From Dehalococcoidia bacterium (GTDB lineage: Bacteria > Chloroflexota > Dehalococcoidia > Lucifugimonadales > UBA3495): a stretch of 64,000 nucleotides of DNA. Location: assembly GCA_965220105.1 (NCBI GenBank), contig OZ244811.1, positions 1,161,798 through 1,225,797 on the forward strand, in the 5' to 3' direction. A program made the translations under genes and the position numbers. How positions within the stretch are numbered: the first letter of the stretch is position 1; every line of letters starts with the position of its first letter. Below, piece by piece: positions 17,817 through 27,010 of this stretch. The notes under the pieces are model-generated. The model had not been told where the DNA came from. It saw only the letters and a program-made list of their open reading frames with translations, and searched no databases.

Positions 17817-18665
17817 ATGGAAGGTGCAATTGATCTCCGGACTGCCGACCGGGATGTGCTCATCGGCATCATCATCCGACAGCAGGCCATCATTGAACGC
17901 CTGGAGAAGCGGGTCGCCCAGTCGGAAGGCAAGGGCAAATCCGGCGGTTCGGGACGGATGCCCGGCCTGAAGCCCAAAGGCGACGGGAAGACGGATCAAC
18001 CCAAGAAGCCGCGCCAGCCCCGTCGCTCGGGCTTTGCCCGAACCAGAATGACGCCCGACCAGCGGATGGAGCACGCGCTGGAGCGGTGTCCCGATTGTGG
18101 GATCCAGTTGTCCGGGGGCTGGACCCAGCGCACTCGGGAGGTCATCGAGTTGCCCCAGGTTCCGGTGCAGGTAACCGAGCACGCCTATATCGCCCGCGCC
18201 TGCCCCCAGTGCCAACGGCGGTGGGTTCCCTCGGCGGAGTTGGACGAGGTGGTGATGGGCCAGCAGCGCCTGGGGATCAACCTGGTCAGCCTGATTGCCG
18301 CACTCCGGGAAGAGGCCAGGCTGCCCTTCCGTACCATCCAGTGGTACCTGGCCGCGGTGCATGGTCTGCACCTCAGCGTGGGCGCCATCGTGGCCGCCAC
18401 ACAAAGGGTGGCCGACCGAGCCCAGGGGATGATGACCGACATCGTGGAACGGATCCGAGGCAGTCCGGTGGTCCACGCCGACGAGACCGGCTGGCGGGAG
18501 GACGGACACAACGGTTACGTGTGGACCTTCAGCACCCCCACCCAACGCTACTTCCTGCGGAGGGGACGCGGCAAAACCGTGGTGGATGAGGTCCTGGGCG
18601 ATGAGTTTGCCGGGGTGCTGGTCAGCGACTTCTATGCCGCCTACCACCACTACGACGGCCCCAAG
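17817..18665 (+). pseudogene. IS66-family transposase TnpC, N-terminal 283 codons
   Basis: ...ERCPDCGIQLSGGWTQRTREVIELPQVPVQVTEHAYIARACPQCQRRW...VVHADETGWREDGHNGYVWTFSTPTQRYFLRRGRGKTVVDEVLGDEFAGVLVSDFYAAYHHYDGPK. It then runs into a foreign terminal repeat. Confidence 0.85.
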
Positions 18666-18668
18666 CTA

Positions 18669-18783
18669 GTAGACCAACCGCTTTGAAATGATGGGAATCC
18701 GTCTTCACGCCTTGCTTTAGACCGACTTCGCTGGAGAACCAGGACGAAGCCAGCAACTCATCATTTCAAAGATTTCGGACCAC
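18669..18783. mobile_element. 115-bp MITE with IS630-type terminal inverted repeats, flanked by TA
   Basis: The left end gtagaccaaccgctttgaaatgatgg matches the reverse complement of the right end gtggtccgaaatctttgaaatgatgag. TA is present at 18667-68 and 18784-85. It has no coding capacity. Confidence 0.7.
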
Positions 18784-18785
18784 TA

Positions 18786-20005
18786 GTAGCCTAACAGCTT
18801 TGAACTGACGGATAATGAGGTGAATTAAAGGAGCTAAAGAATAAGGTGCGGGGAGTGAGTGATGGAGAAGAAGTACAGGGTCAAACTGAGCGTGGAGGAG
18901 CGGCAGGAATTGAAGGCAATGGTAACGAGAGGGCGGGCGGCGGCCTACCGGCAGACCCACGCCCGCATCCTGCTGTTGAGTGATGAGGGGCAAGGGGACG
19001 GGGTGATGAAGGACGGGGATATCGCCCGGTCCCTCCAAGTTGGCCGGGCGACGGTGGAACGGGTGCGCCGCCGCTGCGTGGCAGAGGGTCTGGAGCGGGC
19101 CTTGGGGCGCAAGGAGCAACTGAACCGGAGGCAGAAGCGGTTGGACGGTCAGGGGGAAGCCCATCTGATTGCCCTGGCCTGCGGAGAACCGCCCGAGGGC
19201 CGGGCTGGTTGGACGCTGAAGTTGTTGGCAGAGCGGTTGGTAGAACGGGAGATAGTGGAGAGCATCAGCCCTGAAACGGTGCGCCAGACGCTCAAAAAAA
19301 CGAACTCAAGCCTTGGCTGAAAGAATGCTGGTGCATCCCGCCCCAGGCCAGCGCCGAGTTCGTGTGCGCTATGGAAGACGTGCTGGAGGTCTATCATCGC
19401 TCCTATGGAGACAACGAAGTGCTGGTGTGCCTGGACGAGACCAGCAAGCAGCAGGTAAGCGAGACCCGTCAGCCCCGCCCGTCGCGGCCTGGGGCGGCCC
19501 AGACCTACGATTACGAATACCAGCGCAACGGGGTGAGCAACCTGTTCATGTTGTTCGCGCCGCTGGAGGGGTGGCACCGGGTTGAAGTGACGGACCGGCG
19601 TACCAAAGTAGATTGGGCGCGGGTGGTCAAGCAACTGATGGACGAGGACTACCCGGACAAAGACCGGATCGTGCTGGTGATGGACAATTTGAACACCCAT
19701 CATCCAGCGTCCCTGTACGAGGCGTTCGAGCCGGCGGAAGCGCGGCGCATCGCCGAACGTCTGGAGATTCACTACACGCCCAAGCATGGCAGTTGGCTGA
19801 ACATGGCCGAGATCGAAATCGGGGTGATGGTCCGCCAATGCCTGGACCGGCGCATACCGGACCAAAGCGTCCTGCGGCGGGAGGTGGCAGCGTGGCAGCA
19901 GCAGCGCAACCAGGACGCAATACGGGTGCATTGGCGCTTCACCACCGCGGACGCCCGCATCAAATTGAAGTCCCTGTATCCATCAATTCAAAGATGTTGA
20001 ACTAC
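18786..20005 (+). mobile_element. IS630-family insertion sequence (copy A, 1220 bp), flanked by TA
   Basis: The left end gtagcctaacagctttgaactgacgg matches the reverse complement of the right end gtagttcaacatctttgaattgatgg. TA is present at 18784-85 and 20006-07. Confidence 0.85.
18859..20000 (+). CDS. IS630-family transposase, two frames joined by a putative -1 frameshift on A7 (19294-19300)
   Basis: Track ORFs 18859..19320 (HTH part ...ETVRQTLKKTNSSLG*) and 19362..20000 (DDE part). Slipping -1 on ctc aaa aaa a gives LKKNELKPWLKECWCIPP... The span of 1142 nt plus 1 equals 381 codons. Confidence 0.8.
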
Positions 20006-20085
20006 TAGGCTTTACGCATAATTTAGAAAAAGTATAAAGACAGGGTAAGCTGGCCTGACCCCACTTTCAACGGAAAGGCCCAGCC

Positions 20086-20991
20086 ATGCTCACCCTGCCC
20101 GATGCCATTGTAGCCGTTCTCGTTCCCTTCGCAACGCTGTTTACGAGCCCAACCTGGCGGAAAGCCCAACTGCTGCTGGTCGGCGCGATCCTGACCCCGG
20201 GCCAACGCACCGTGGCGGCGGCACTGCGCGTCATGGGCCGCAGCGACCAGCGCGACTACGCCCGCTACCACGAGGTGCTCAATCGGGCGGTGTGGTCGTC
20301 CCGCCAGGCAGCGCGCATCCTGCTGGCGCTGTTGCTCCAGCACCTGGATGGTGGCGACGGCCCACTGATCTTCGGCATCGACGAGACCCTGGAACGGCGT
20401 CGCGGCGCCAAGATCAGGGCGCGGGCCATCTACCGCGACCCGGTGCGTTCCAGCCGGTCTCAGGTGGTCAAGGCCAGCGGTTTGCGCTGGATCTCCCTGA
20501 TGTGGCTGGGCCACGTGCCATGGGCCGGACGCCATTGGGCCTTGCCGGCGCTCACGGTGCTGGCGCCTTCGACCCGTTACTACCAACAGCAGGGACGCCA
20601 GCACAAGAAGCTCACCGACTGGGCCCGCCAGATGGTCATGCAACTGCGCCGCTGGCTGCCCCACCGACCCCTGGCGCTGGTGGGCGACAACAGCTATGCC
20701 GTGCTGGATTTGCTCCACTGCTGCCAGTCCCTCCGTGAACCCGTTACCCTGATCGCCAGATTGCGTCTGGACGCCGCCCTGTATGCGCCAGTGCCACCCC
20801 GTCAACCTGGCCAGAACGGTCGCCCGCCATTGAAGGGCCCGCGGCGGCCGCCGCTGAAAGTTTTCCTTGCGCAGACGGATGTAACTTGGGCCAGCGCCGA
20901 GGTGGCCTGGTACGACGGCATCACCCGCGCCGTGGAACTCACCTCCCAGACGGCGGTCTGGTACCGCTCCGGCAAGCCCCCCGTCCTCATT
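20086..20991 (+). pseudogene. IS701/IS4-like transposase, N-terminal part
   Basis: MLTLPDAIVAVLVPFATLFTSPTWRKAQLLLVGAILTPGQRTVAAALRVMGRSDQRDYARYHEVLNRAVWS...LIFGIDETLERRRG...LVGDNSYAV...WYRSGKPPVLI, then the IS21 end. Confidence 0.75.
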
Positions 20992-21074
20992 TGATAGACG
21001 ACAATTAGTCCTGCCGGTAGCGACGACTATTTTTGCCGGTCGATATGGGGTAATCATTCGGTACGGAGGTACCG

Positions 21075-22577
21075 TTGATTACAGACCGACAAACCAGGCT
21101 ATTGAGGCAGAAACGTATGGAAGGCAAGACACAGGAAACGGCAGCGGCCAAGGCTGGGATGAGCGTGCGTTCCGCGCGCAAGTGGCAGAGTGGCCCATTG
21201 CCGTCGCAGGCGAAACCGGAGCATCGGTGGCGTACCCGGCCCGACCCCTTCGACGGGGTGTGGGAGGATGAGATCGAGCCGCTGCTGCGGAATGATCCGA
21301 CGGGCAAGCTGAAGGCAACGACAATTATCGACTGGCTGGCCGAGCAGCATCCCGGGCGGTTCAGCGCATCCCAGTTGCGCACGCTGCAACGACGATTACA
21401 GGATTGGCGGGCGCTGCATGGTCCGGATCAGGAGGTGTACTTTCCCCAGGTGCATCCGCCGGGACGGGAAGCCCAGTTCGACTTCACCCACTGCGGGGAA
21501 CTCAGGGTGTCCATCGCGGGCCAGTCCTACCCCCACCTGCTGTTCCAGCTGATCCTCAGCCACTCGGGGTGGCGCTACGCCGAGGTCGCCGCCGGCGAGA
21601 CCTTCCTGGCGTTGCAGCAGGGATTGCAGGCCGCCCTCTGGACCCTGGGCGGCGTTCCAGAGGTGGTGCGCAGCGACAATACCTCGGCGGCGACTCACGA
21701 ATTGCGCAGCAGCCGCGGCCGGGCGCTGAACGACAATTACGCCGCCCTGCTGGACCACTACGGCCTGCGCTCCACCCGCATCAATCCCGGCCAGAGCCAT
21801 GAAAACGGCGTCGCCGAGCACGCCCACTACCGCTTGAAGGACGCCATCGACCAGGCCCTGATGCTGCGCGGCAGCCGCGATTTCCACACCACCGACGACT
21901 ACGCCGACTTCGTCCGGCAGATGGTGGAGCGACGCAATCGCCTGGTGGAGGGGAAGCTGGAGCAGGAAACGGCTTGTCTAGGGCCCCTGCCCCCAGCCCC
22001 GGTGCCGGAATACGCCAACTACCAGTCCAAGGTGCGCCGGTGGTGCACCATCCAGGTAGCGGGACATAGCTACAGCGTCCCCTCCCGTCTCATCGGTAAG
22101 GAGGTGCAGATCCGTCTGTACGCCGACTGGGTGGAAGTGTACTACAAGGGCCACCTGGTGGAACGCATGGCAAGGGTGCACGGTGATGGGGAAGCCAACG
22201 TCAATTACCGCCACGTCATTGGATCGCTGGTGCGCAAGCCGGGAGCCTTCGCCCGCTACCGTTTCCGCGAGCAGCTGTTTCCCACCCTGCACTTCAGGCT
22301 GACCTACGACGCGCTCCGGGAATGGCGCGGGGAGCGTGCCGACGTGGAGTACGTGCGGATCCTGCACCTGGCGGCCACCACCATGGAAGCCACGGTGGAC
22401 AGCGCGCTGTCGCTGCTGCTGGAAGCGGGTGAGTCCTTCGACTACGCCGAGGTGCGGGACCTGGCCGAGCCCAAGGTGCCCGAAGCCCCGCTGCTGACTC
22501 TGTCCGGGAAGCCGGACCTGAAGATCTACGACCGCTTGCTCACGGTCAGCCTGGCCACGGCGGGGGTGTGCGCATGA
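21075..22577 (+). CDS. istA: IS21-family transposase IstA
   Basis: 500 aa with an N-terminal HTH (KTQETAAAKAGMSVRSARKW) and a DDE core (EAQFDFTH...VVRSDNTSAATH...ENGVAEH). Confidence 0.9.
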   Translation: MITDRQTRLLRQKRMEGKTQETAAAKAGMSVRSARKWQSGPLPSQAKPEHRWRTRPDPFDGVWEDEIEPLLRNDPTGKLKATTIIDWLAEQHPGRFSASQLRTLQRRLQDWRALHGPDQEVYFPQVHPPGREAQFDFTHCGELRVSIAGQSYPHLLFQLILSHSGWRYAEVAAGETFLALQQGLQAALWTLGGVPEVVRSDNTSAATHELRSSRGRALNDNYAALLDHYGLRSTRINPGQSHENGVAEHAHYRLKDAIDQALMLRGSRDFHTTDDYADFVRQMVERRNRLVEGKLEQETACLGPLPPAPVPEYANYQSKVRRWCTIQVAGHSYSVPSRLIGKEVQIRLYADWVEVYYKGHLVERMARVHGDGEANVNYRHVIGSLVRKPGAFARYRFREQLFPTLHFRLTYDALREWRGERADVEYVRILHLAATTMEATVDSALSLLLEAGESFDYAEVRDLAEPKVPEAPLLTLSGKPDLKIYDRLLTVSLATAGVCA

Positions 22578-23350
22578 TGGACACCAGCGTGATGCAGGAA
22601 CGCATCGGCCAGCTGTGCGGCCAATTCAAGCTGCCTACCATGGGGGCCCAGTCGGTGGCTCGTTTCACCGCGGCTGGCCACGGCGATGCCCTGGCCACTT
22701 TCCTGGAGGTACTGGAACAGGAAGCCGAGGATCGCCGCCACCGGCGCATCAGCCGGCTGCGTCAGTCGTCCAGGCTGCCCTCGGGCAAGACCTGGGAGAC
22801 CTTCGAGCACGACCGAGTCCCCCTGGCGCTGCAGCAGCAACTTGACCAACTGGCCCAGGGCAGCTTCGTCGAGCGCGGCGTCAACGTGCTGGCCTTCGGA
22901 CTGCCCGGCACCGGCAAGACCCACGCCCTGTGCGCCCTGGGCCACCGCCTGGTGGAAGCCGGACACTCCGTACTCTTCGCTCCGGCCTACCGCCTGGTGC
23001 AGGAGCTCCTCGCCGCCAAGCGCGACCTGGACCTGCCCCGCCAGCTGCGCAAGCTGGACAACTTCGACTTCCTGCTCCTGGACGACCTGGGCTACCTGCC
23101 CCAGGGCGCCGAAGAGTCCGAGGTCCTCTTCACCCTGATCGCCGAACGCTACGAACGCCGGTCCTTGGGCATCACCTCAAACCTGGTCTTCTCGGAGTGG
23201 GAACGCATCTTTGCCAACCCCATGGCCACCGCCGCGGCGATTGACCGGGTCGTGCACCACTCCGTCATCCTGGAGTTTGACGTCCCCAGCTACCGGACTG
23301 ACGCAGCCCAGCAACGGGGCCAAGCAAAGGAGGTGAACCGGCAAAACTGA
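22568..23350 (+). CDS. istB: IS21-family helper ATPase IstB
   Basis: Walker A GLPGTGKTH and Walker B FLLLDDLGY. It overlaps the end of istA by 10 nt. Confidence 0.9.
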   Translation: MRMMDTSVMQERIGQLCGQFKLPTMGAQSVARFTAAGHGDALATFLEVLEQEAEDRRHRRISRLRQSSRLPSGKTWETFEHDRVPLALQQQLDQLAQGSFVERGVNVLAFGLPGTGKTHALCALGHRLVEAGHSVLFAPAYRLVQELLAAKRDLDLPRQLRKLDNFDFLLLDDLGYLPQGAEESEVLFTLIAERYERRSLGITSNLVFSEWERIFANPMATAAAIDRVVHHSVILEFDVPSYRTDAAQQRGQAKEVNRQN

Positions 23351-23391
23351 TTGACGCCAACCGGCAAATATAGTTGACGCGGGACATCATT

Positions 23392-23847
23392 CGCTGGGTG
23401 CTGATCCGAGACCCCCAGGGCTCCTTCGCCACTCAGGCCCTGCTCTGTACCGACCCGGCGGCGGACCCGACCCAGATCCTGGAATGGTTTGTACTGCGCT
23501 GGCAACTGGAGGTCACCTTCCACGAGGTACGAACCCATCTGGGTGTGGAGACACAACGCCAGTGGTCCGATCTCGCCATCGCCCGCACCACGCCCGCCCT
23601 ACTGGGACTCTTCTCCTGGACCACCCTGGCCGCCCACGCGTTGCAGAAACGGCGCCCCATGACCCAGCGCAAGGCCGCTTGGTACGACAAACCGTCGCCG
23701 ACCTTCGTGGATGCCATCGCCCTGGCGCGTCGCCACCTGTGGCTGGCGTCGGAAGGTTTCTCACTGTCGGTCGCTGACCCCGACATTCAGGAACTCCCGG
23801 TCGCACTGTACCACCGACTTGTAGATTCCCTTGCCTACGCCGCTTGA
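23392..23847 (+). pseudogene. IS701/IS4-like transposase, C-terminal part
   Basis: RWVLIRDPQGSFATQALLCTDPAADPTQILEWFVLRWQLEVTFHEVRTHLGVETQRQWSDLAIARTTPALLGLFS... It is in frame with the N-terminal part once IS21 and one tcatt copy are removed. Confidence 0.75.
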
Positions 23848-23868
23848 ATTGCGTAAAGCCTAGCCAAG

Positions 23869-24354
23869 CAGCGCTGCTGGGCACATCTGCTGCGCGACAT
23901 CCACGACCGGCGCGTCCTCTACCCCGACGATCTCCCCTTGGTCCAGTGGGCGGAAGCCGTCCACCAACTCTACCAACAGGCCAAAGCCTTCACCCATCCG
24001 GCAGAGCAGCAGCGACGCGCTGCCCAACTGGCCCTGGAACGACGGCTGCTGGCGCTGTGCCGTCCCTACCGGGATGACCCGGCGTCGGCGCAGGCCAGAC
24101 TGTGCCGACGCATCAGTAACCACATCAAGGAACTCTTCGTCTTCGTGGCTGAACCCGACGTGCCACCAGATAACAACGCCGCCGAGCGCAGCCTGCGCCC
24201 AGTGGTGATCAGCCGCAAGATCAGCGGCGGCACCCGCTCGGAGCGAGGCACCGAGACCAAGATGGCGCTGGCCTCAATCTTCGGCACCTGGCGCACACAA
24301 GACCTCAACCCACTCGCCGCCTGCCAGCAACTCCTCGCTTCCCCTCAACTCTGA
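23869..24354 (+). pseudogene. IS66-family transposase TnpC, C-terminal part
   Basis: My translation from 23869 reads QRCWAHLLRDIHDRRVLYPDD...RLCRRISNHIKELFVFVAEPDVPPDNNAAERSLRPVVISRKISGGTRSERGTETKMALASIFGTWR. It continues GPK at 18665. Confidence 0.85.
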
Positions 24355-24362
24355 ACAGTTAC

Positions 24363-25217
24363 GTAACGGTTGATGGCGTACCAGAGCATGAGCGGGGTGA
24401 GGCCGTTGCGGGAACCGGACAGGGTGGTGTCGTTGACGCCGACGAGTTCGATGGCCCGGCCCAAAGTTTCGACCAAGTGCTTGCGTGTGACGACGATACC
24501 GCAGGGCAGGGGTGCGCCGATCAGTTTGTGGCCGCTGATGGAGATGCTGTCGATGCCGGCGTCGAACCCGAAGGGCTGTGGGTCATCCACGTAGGGTAGG
24601 ATCATGCCGCTGAGCGCCGCGTCGGCGTGGATGTAGTGTTCTTCGATGCCCAGCTCGTCAATGATTTGTCGGATCGCGGGGATGTCGTCCACGGCGCCGC
24701 GCATGGTGGTGCCGATGGTGGCCAGAATGATGGCCGGCCGGTCCCGATGGACGGTCAGCATGTCCCTGAGGTCGTCGTAGTCGATCTCGCCGTCGGGCTG
24801 CCGTTTGACGGTGGTGTGGGGCATGTTGAGGACGCGAGCAATCTTGAGGATGGAGTAGTGGGCTTCCTCGGAGAAGTAGAGCATACCCTCGGGATGGAGT
24901 TCCCGGGCCAGGTAGAGGCCGTACATGTTGCCTTCGGTGCCGCCCGAGGTGACGTAGCCCCAGGCGTCCTCTGGGTCCAGGCCCATGAGCTGGGCGAAGT
25001 GGAGGATGACCTCTCGCTCGAACTGGTGGGTGTTGGCCCGGTAGTTGGTCTGGTGGAAGGGGTCTCCGACGTTGTTGAGGGAGTGGCTGAGGAATGGGAT
25101 GAGAGGGGAGTAGTCGAAGCTCTGGTTGCCGGGGTAGCCCACCTGCCATTGCTCCGCGTCCTGGATTGTCTGGAGGAGTTCAGTCAGGCGGGTTTCGATG
25201 TCGTTCGGTGCGGTCAT
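24363..25217 (-). pseudogene. hdc: histidine decarboxylase (PLP-dependent), N-terminal 285 codons
   Basis: MTAPNDIETRLTELL...GYPGNQSFDYSPL..FLSHSLNNVGDPF...YVTSGGTEGNMYGLYLARE...HADAALSGMILPY...DSISISGHKLIGAPLPCGIVV...LSGSRNGLTPLMLWYAINRY. The 855 nt here plus 749 nt at 16979-17727, minus the 8-bp duplication, give 1596 nt (532 codons). Confidence 0.85.
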
Positions 25218-25274
25218 GGTTGCTTTGTCCTCGGCGCGCTAGATGTTGGATGTGGGAAGATACTTGTGTTTTGG

Positions 25275-25488
25275 AGTGTGCGTCCCTGCGTACGCGGGGA
25301 ATGCAAACGACGAAAGGGGGTGATCGGATGATATTCGGTGGATCCCTACGCGTGTGCGGGGCCAATCTGGCGAAACCTCAGCTACACGGCATTGCGTCCG
25401 GTGAATCCCTGCTCGCGCGGGGCCAGTGCCTTTGCCATCTGAATCTGCCTGATGCTCACCTGTGAATCCCTGCTCGCGCGGGGCCTTG
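25275..25488 (-). CRISPR. orphan, degenerate type I-E-like CRISPR mini-array (4 repeats, 61-62 bp period)
   Basis: Repeat cores start at 25278, 25339, 25401 and 25462. Two are identical (gtgaatccctgctcgcgcggggcc) and two are decayed (gtggatccctacgcgtgtgcggggcc; gtgtgcgtccctgcgtacgcggggaa). The reverse complement ggccccgcgcgagcagggattcac resembles the I-E consensus ...CCCCGCGCCAGCGGGGATAAACC. No cas genes are in the window. Confidence 0.6.
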
Positions 25489-25515
25489 TGTTGCCTCGGT
25501 TCGTCTGTCGAGAAA

Positions 25516-26556
25516 CTACTTGTCGAACACGGGCAGCGGGTTCCCAGGCTCGACGATCATGTACAGCACCGCACCCTCAAGGTCGGCAATTGTCACCTCC
25601 CCGGTGGCCTCGTCGCAGACCCAGCGAGTCACATTCCCCTTGGCGTCCTCGTCGTAACAGATAACTGCCGCTTCGTCGCTCTCCGTCTTTTCGACTGTGC
25701 CGCCCTCCGACATAGCATAGATCACCCACGTATCCTCTGGGGCCGTCTCCAGGTGCTCGGCAGGTATCAGCAGGGTCTCCCGCCCCGCGTCCCGAACATC
25801 GGAAAGGTAATCGCGCACGTCGTCCAAGGTGGTCGAATGGTGGGTGCTCTTGGGCAGCAAAACATTGGCCTCGGCCATCACCGTTTCGGTGAAGGTCAAC
25901 CACAGGGTTTTTGCGTCGCGGTGAGCCACTGCCTCGCCCTCTTCCGCGACATGGGCGCGCAACTTGCTGATGGACAGCGCCAACTTGGCCTTGCGGGGAT
26001 ATACATCTGTCCAGTAGGTGTCCTCCCCAACGGATTCGACATAGCCCTTGTTGTAATCGTCGTACTCCCCGTTGTCGTAGGCTTCCTTGGCGAATTTCTG
26101 ATTCTCCGCAATCTCATCCTTGGTTGCGGTGAGCCCCAGTTCCTTTGCCTTCTCGAACAACACCAGGTCTTGGATCAGTTTGGCGAGGGAGGCGGTCTCA
26201 ACACCCCACTTGGTTGTCACGCCGTACATGGCTTCCAAGTGCTTGGTCGGCAACCCCGTTTCGGGGCCAGACCCGTCCAGTTCCCGTTTCGCGATAGTCT
26301 CCATGTAAGTCGCATGGAGTTTCTCTTCCTTCAGGTCCGCCAGTGAGATGGACGACTCCCCAACCTTGGCGATCAGGATGTCCGAGTCCGATGCGTCGGA
26401 CGTACTGGTTGCCATCTGGCCGGCCTGGAAGTCGCTGCTCTGGAAGTCTCCCGCCCGCACGAGCAAGCCTTGAGCAACGAAAGCGGCGGCCCCGATCGTT
26501 GCGGCTGCGAGAATGGCCAGAACGACCATCTTCCGCTTCAGTCTGATAGTTGTCAT
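25516..26556 (-). CDS. exported/membrane-anchored hypothetical protein (346 aa)
   Basis: It has an N-terminal signal anchor (MVVLAILAAATIGAAAFVA) and lower GC than its neighbours. It is acidic, with a weak resemblance to SurA-N-like chaperone regions. No firm family was assigned. Confidence 0.6.
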   Translation of the reverse strand: MTTIRLKRKMVVLAILAAATIGAAAFVAQGLLVRAGDFQSSDFQAGQMATSTSDASDSDILIAKVGESSISLADLKEEKLHATYMETIAKRELDGSGPETGLPTKHLEAMYGVTTKWGVETASLAKLIQDLVLFEKAKELGLTATKDEIAENQKFAKEAYDNGEYDDYNKGYVESVGEDTYWTDVYPRKAKLALSISKLRAHVAEEGEAVAHRDAKTLWLTFTETVMAEANVLLPKSTHHSTTLDDVRDYLSDVRDAGRETLLIPAEHLETAPEDTWVIYAMSEGGTVEKTESDEAAVICYDEDAKGNVTRWVCDEATGEVTIADLEGAVLYMIVEPGNPLPVFDK

Positions 26557-26602
26557 GTGCTTCCGTCCTATTCTGTGTCAGGTTCCGAGGGTCTGCGGGA
26601 GG

Positions 26603-26952
26603 CTACCACAAGTCCCATTCGCCATGCAGCCACACGCCACCGTAGCAACCATTCCAGTTGCACAGCCTCCAGCTCATGTTGCCCTTGGCATCAACCGTGC
26701 CGTTGTTTGTGATCGAGACGGTGTAGTTATGCGATACTCTGCCTTGCCGGTGCCAGCCGCCTGGAATGAACGCCGGGTCGGGCCTGAAGAATGGCGACGG
26801 CTCCCGGAACAGGAAATTACCGTTGTGGTAAATCTCGACATTCGTGAAGGGGTCTTCGACATCTTTGTCGTTGTCGTTCCGGCGTAATCGGCAGAGATCA
26901 CACCGTTCGTCATGGCGACTGCGATGGCCAAGATTGCTACCATCAGGACCAT
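26603..26952 (-). pseudogene. possible small secreted protein with a frameshift near 26880
   Basis: Frame A (track ORF 26674..26952) gives the signal-like MVLMVAILAIAVAMTNGVISADYAG. The -1 frame continues NDNDKDVEDPFTNVEIYHNGNFLFREPSPFFRPDPAFIPGGWHRQGRVSHNYTVSITNNGTVDAKGNMSWRLCNWNGCYGGVWLHGEWDLW* (stop at 26603). The span of 350 nt is one base short of a whole number of codons. Confidence 0.3.
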
Positions 26953-27010
26953 CCAGACATGCCGCCGCTTCAGTCCGGATAGGACTCGGATCGGCTCAGG
27001 TGCTTGTTGC

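Larger units (their letters stand above)
20992..23386 (+). mobile_element. IS21-family insertion sequence (2395 bp) with 5-bp target duplication tcatt
   Basis: The termini are tgatagacgac... and ...gcgggaca (TG...CA). Repeated ...tttgccgg motifs occur near both ends. tcatt is present at 20987-20991 and 23387-23391, and removing the element restores PPVLI-RWVLIRDPQG. Confidence 0.85.
20008..23863 (+). mobile_element. IS701/IS4-like DDE element (its first 3 bp, c+ta, are displaced to 18666-18668 by the IS630/MITE insertions), interrupted by IS21
   Basis: The ends ctaggctttacgcataatt and aattgcgtaaagcctag are inverted repeats. The direct repeat ccaag lies at 18661-18665 and 23864-23868. Confidence 0.75.
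17728..24362 (+). mobile_element. IS66-family element (single TnpC-type ORF) carrying a nested IS stack, with 8-bp target duplication
   Basis: Ends are gtaactgttcaga (17728-) and tctgaacagttac (-24362), which are inverted repeats. It is flanked by the direct repeat gtaacggt at 17720-17727 and 24363-24370. Confidence 0.85.

Noticed and set aside
25489-25560. Extension of the CRISPR array to the right of 25488 (a fifth repeat expected near 25523).
   Set aside because: The sequence there (tcgaacacgggcagcgggttccc) does not match the repeat, and it is the 3' end of the well-formed ORF 25516..26556.
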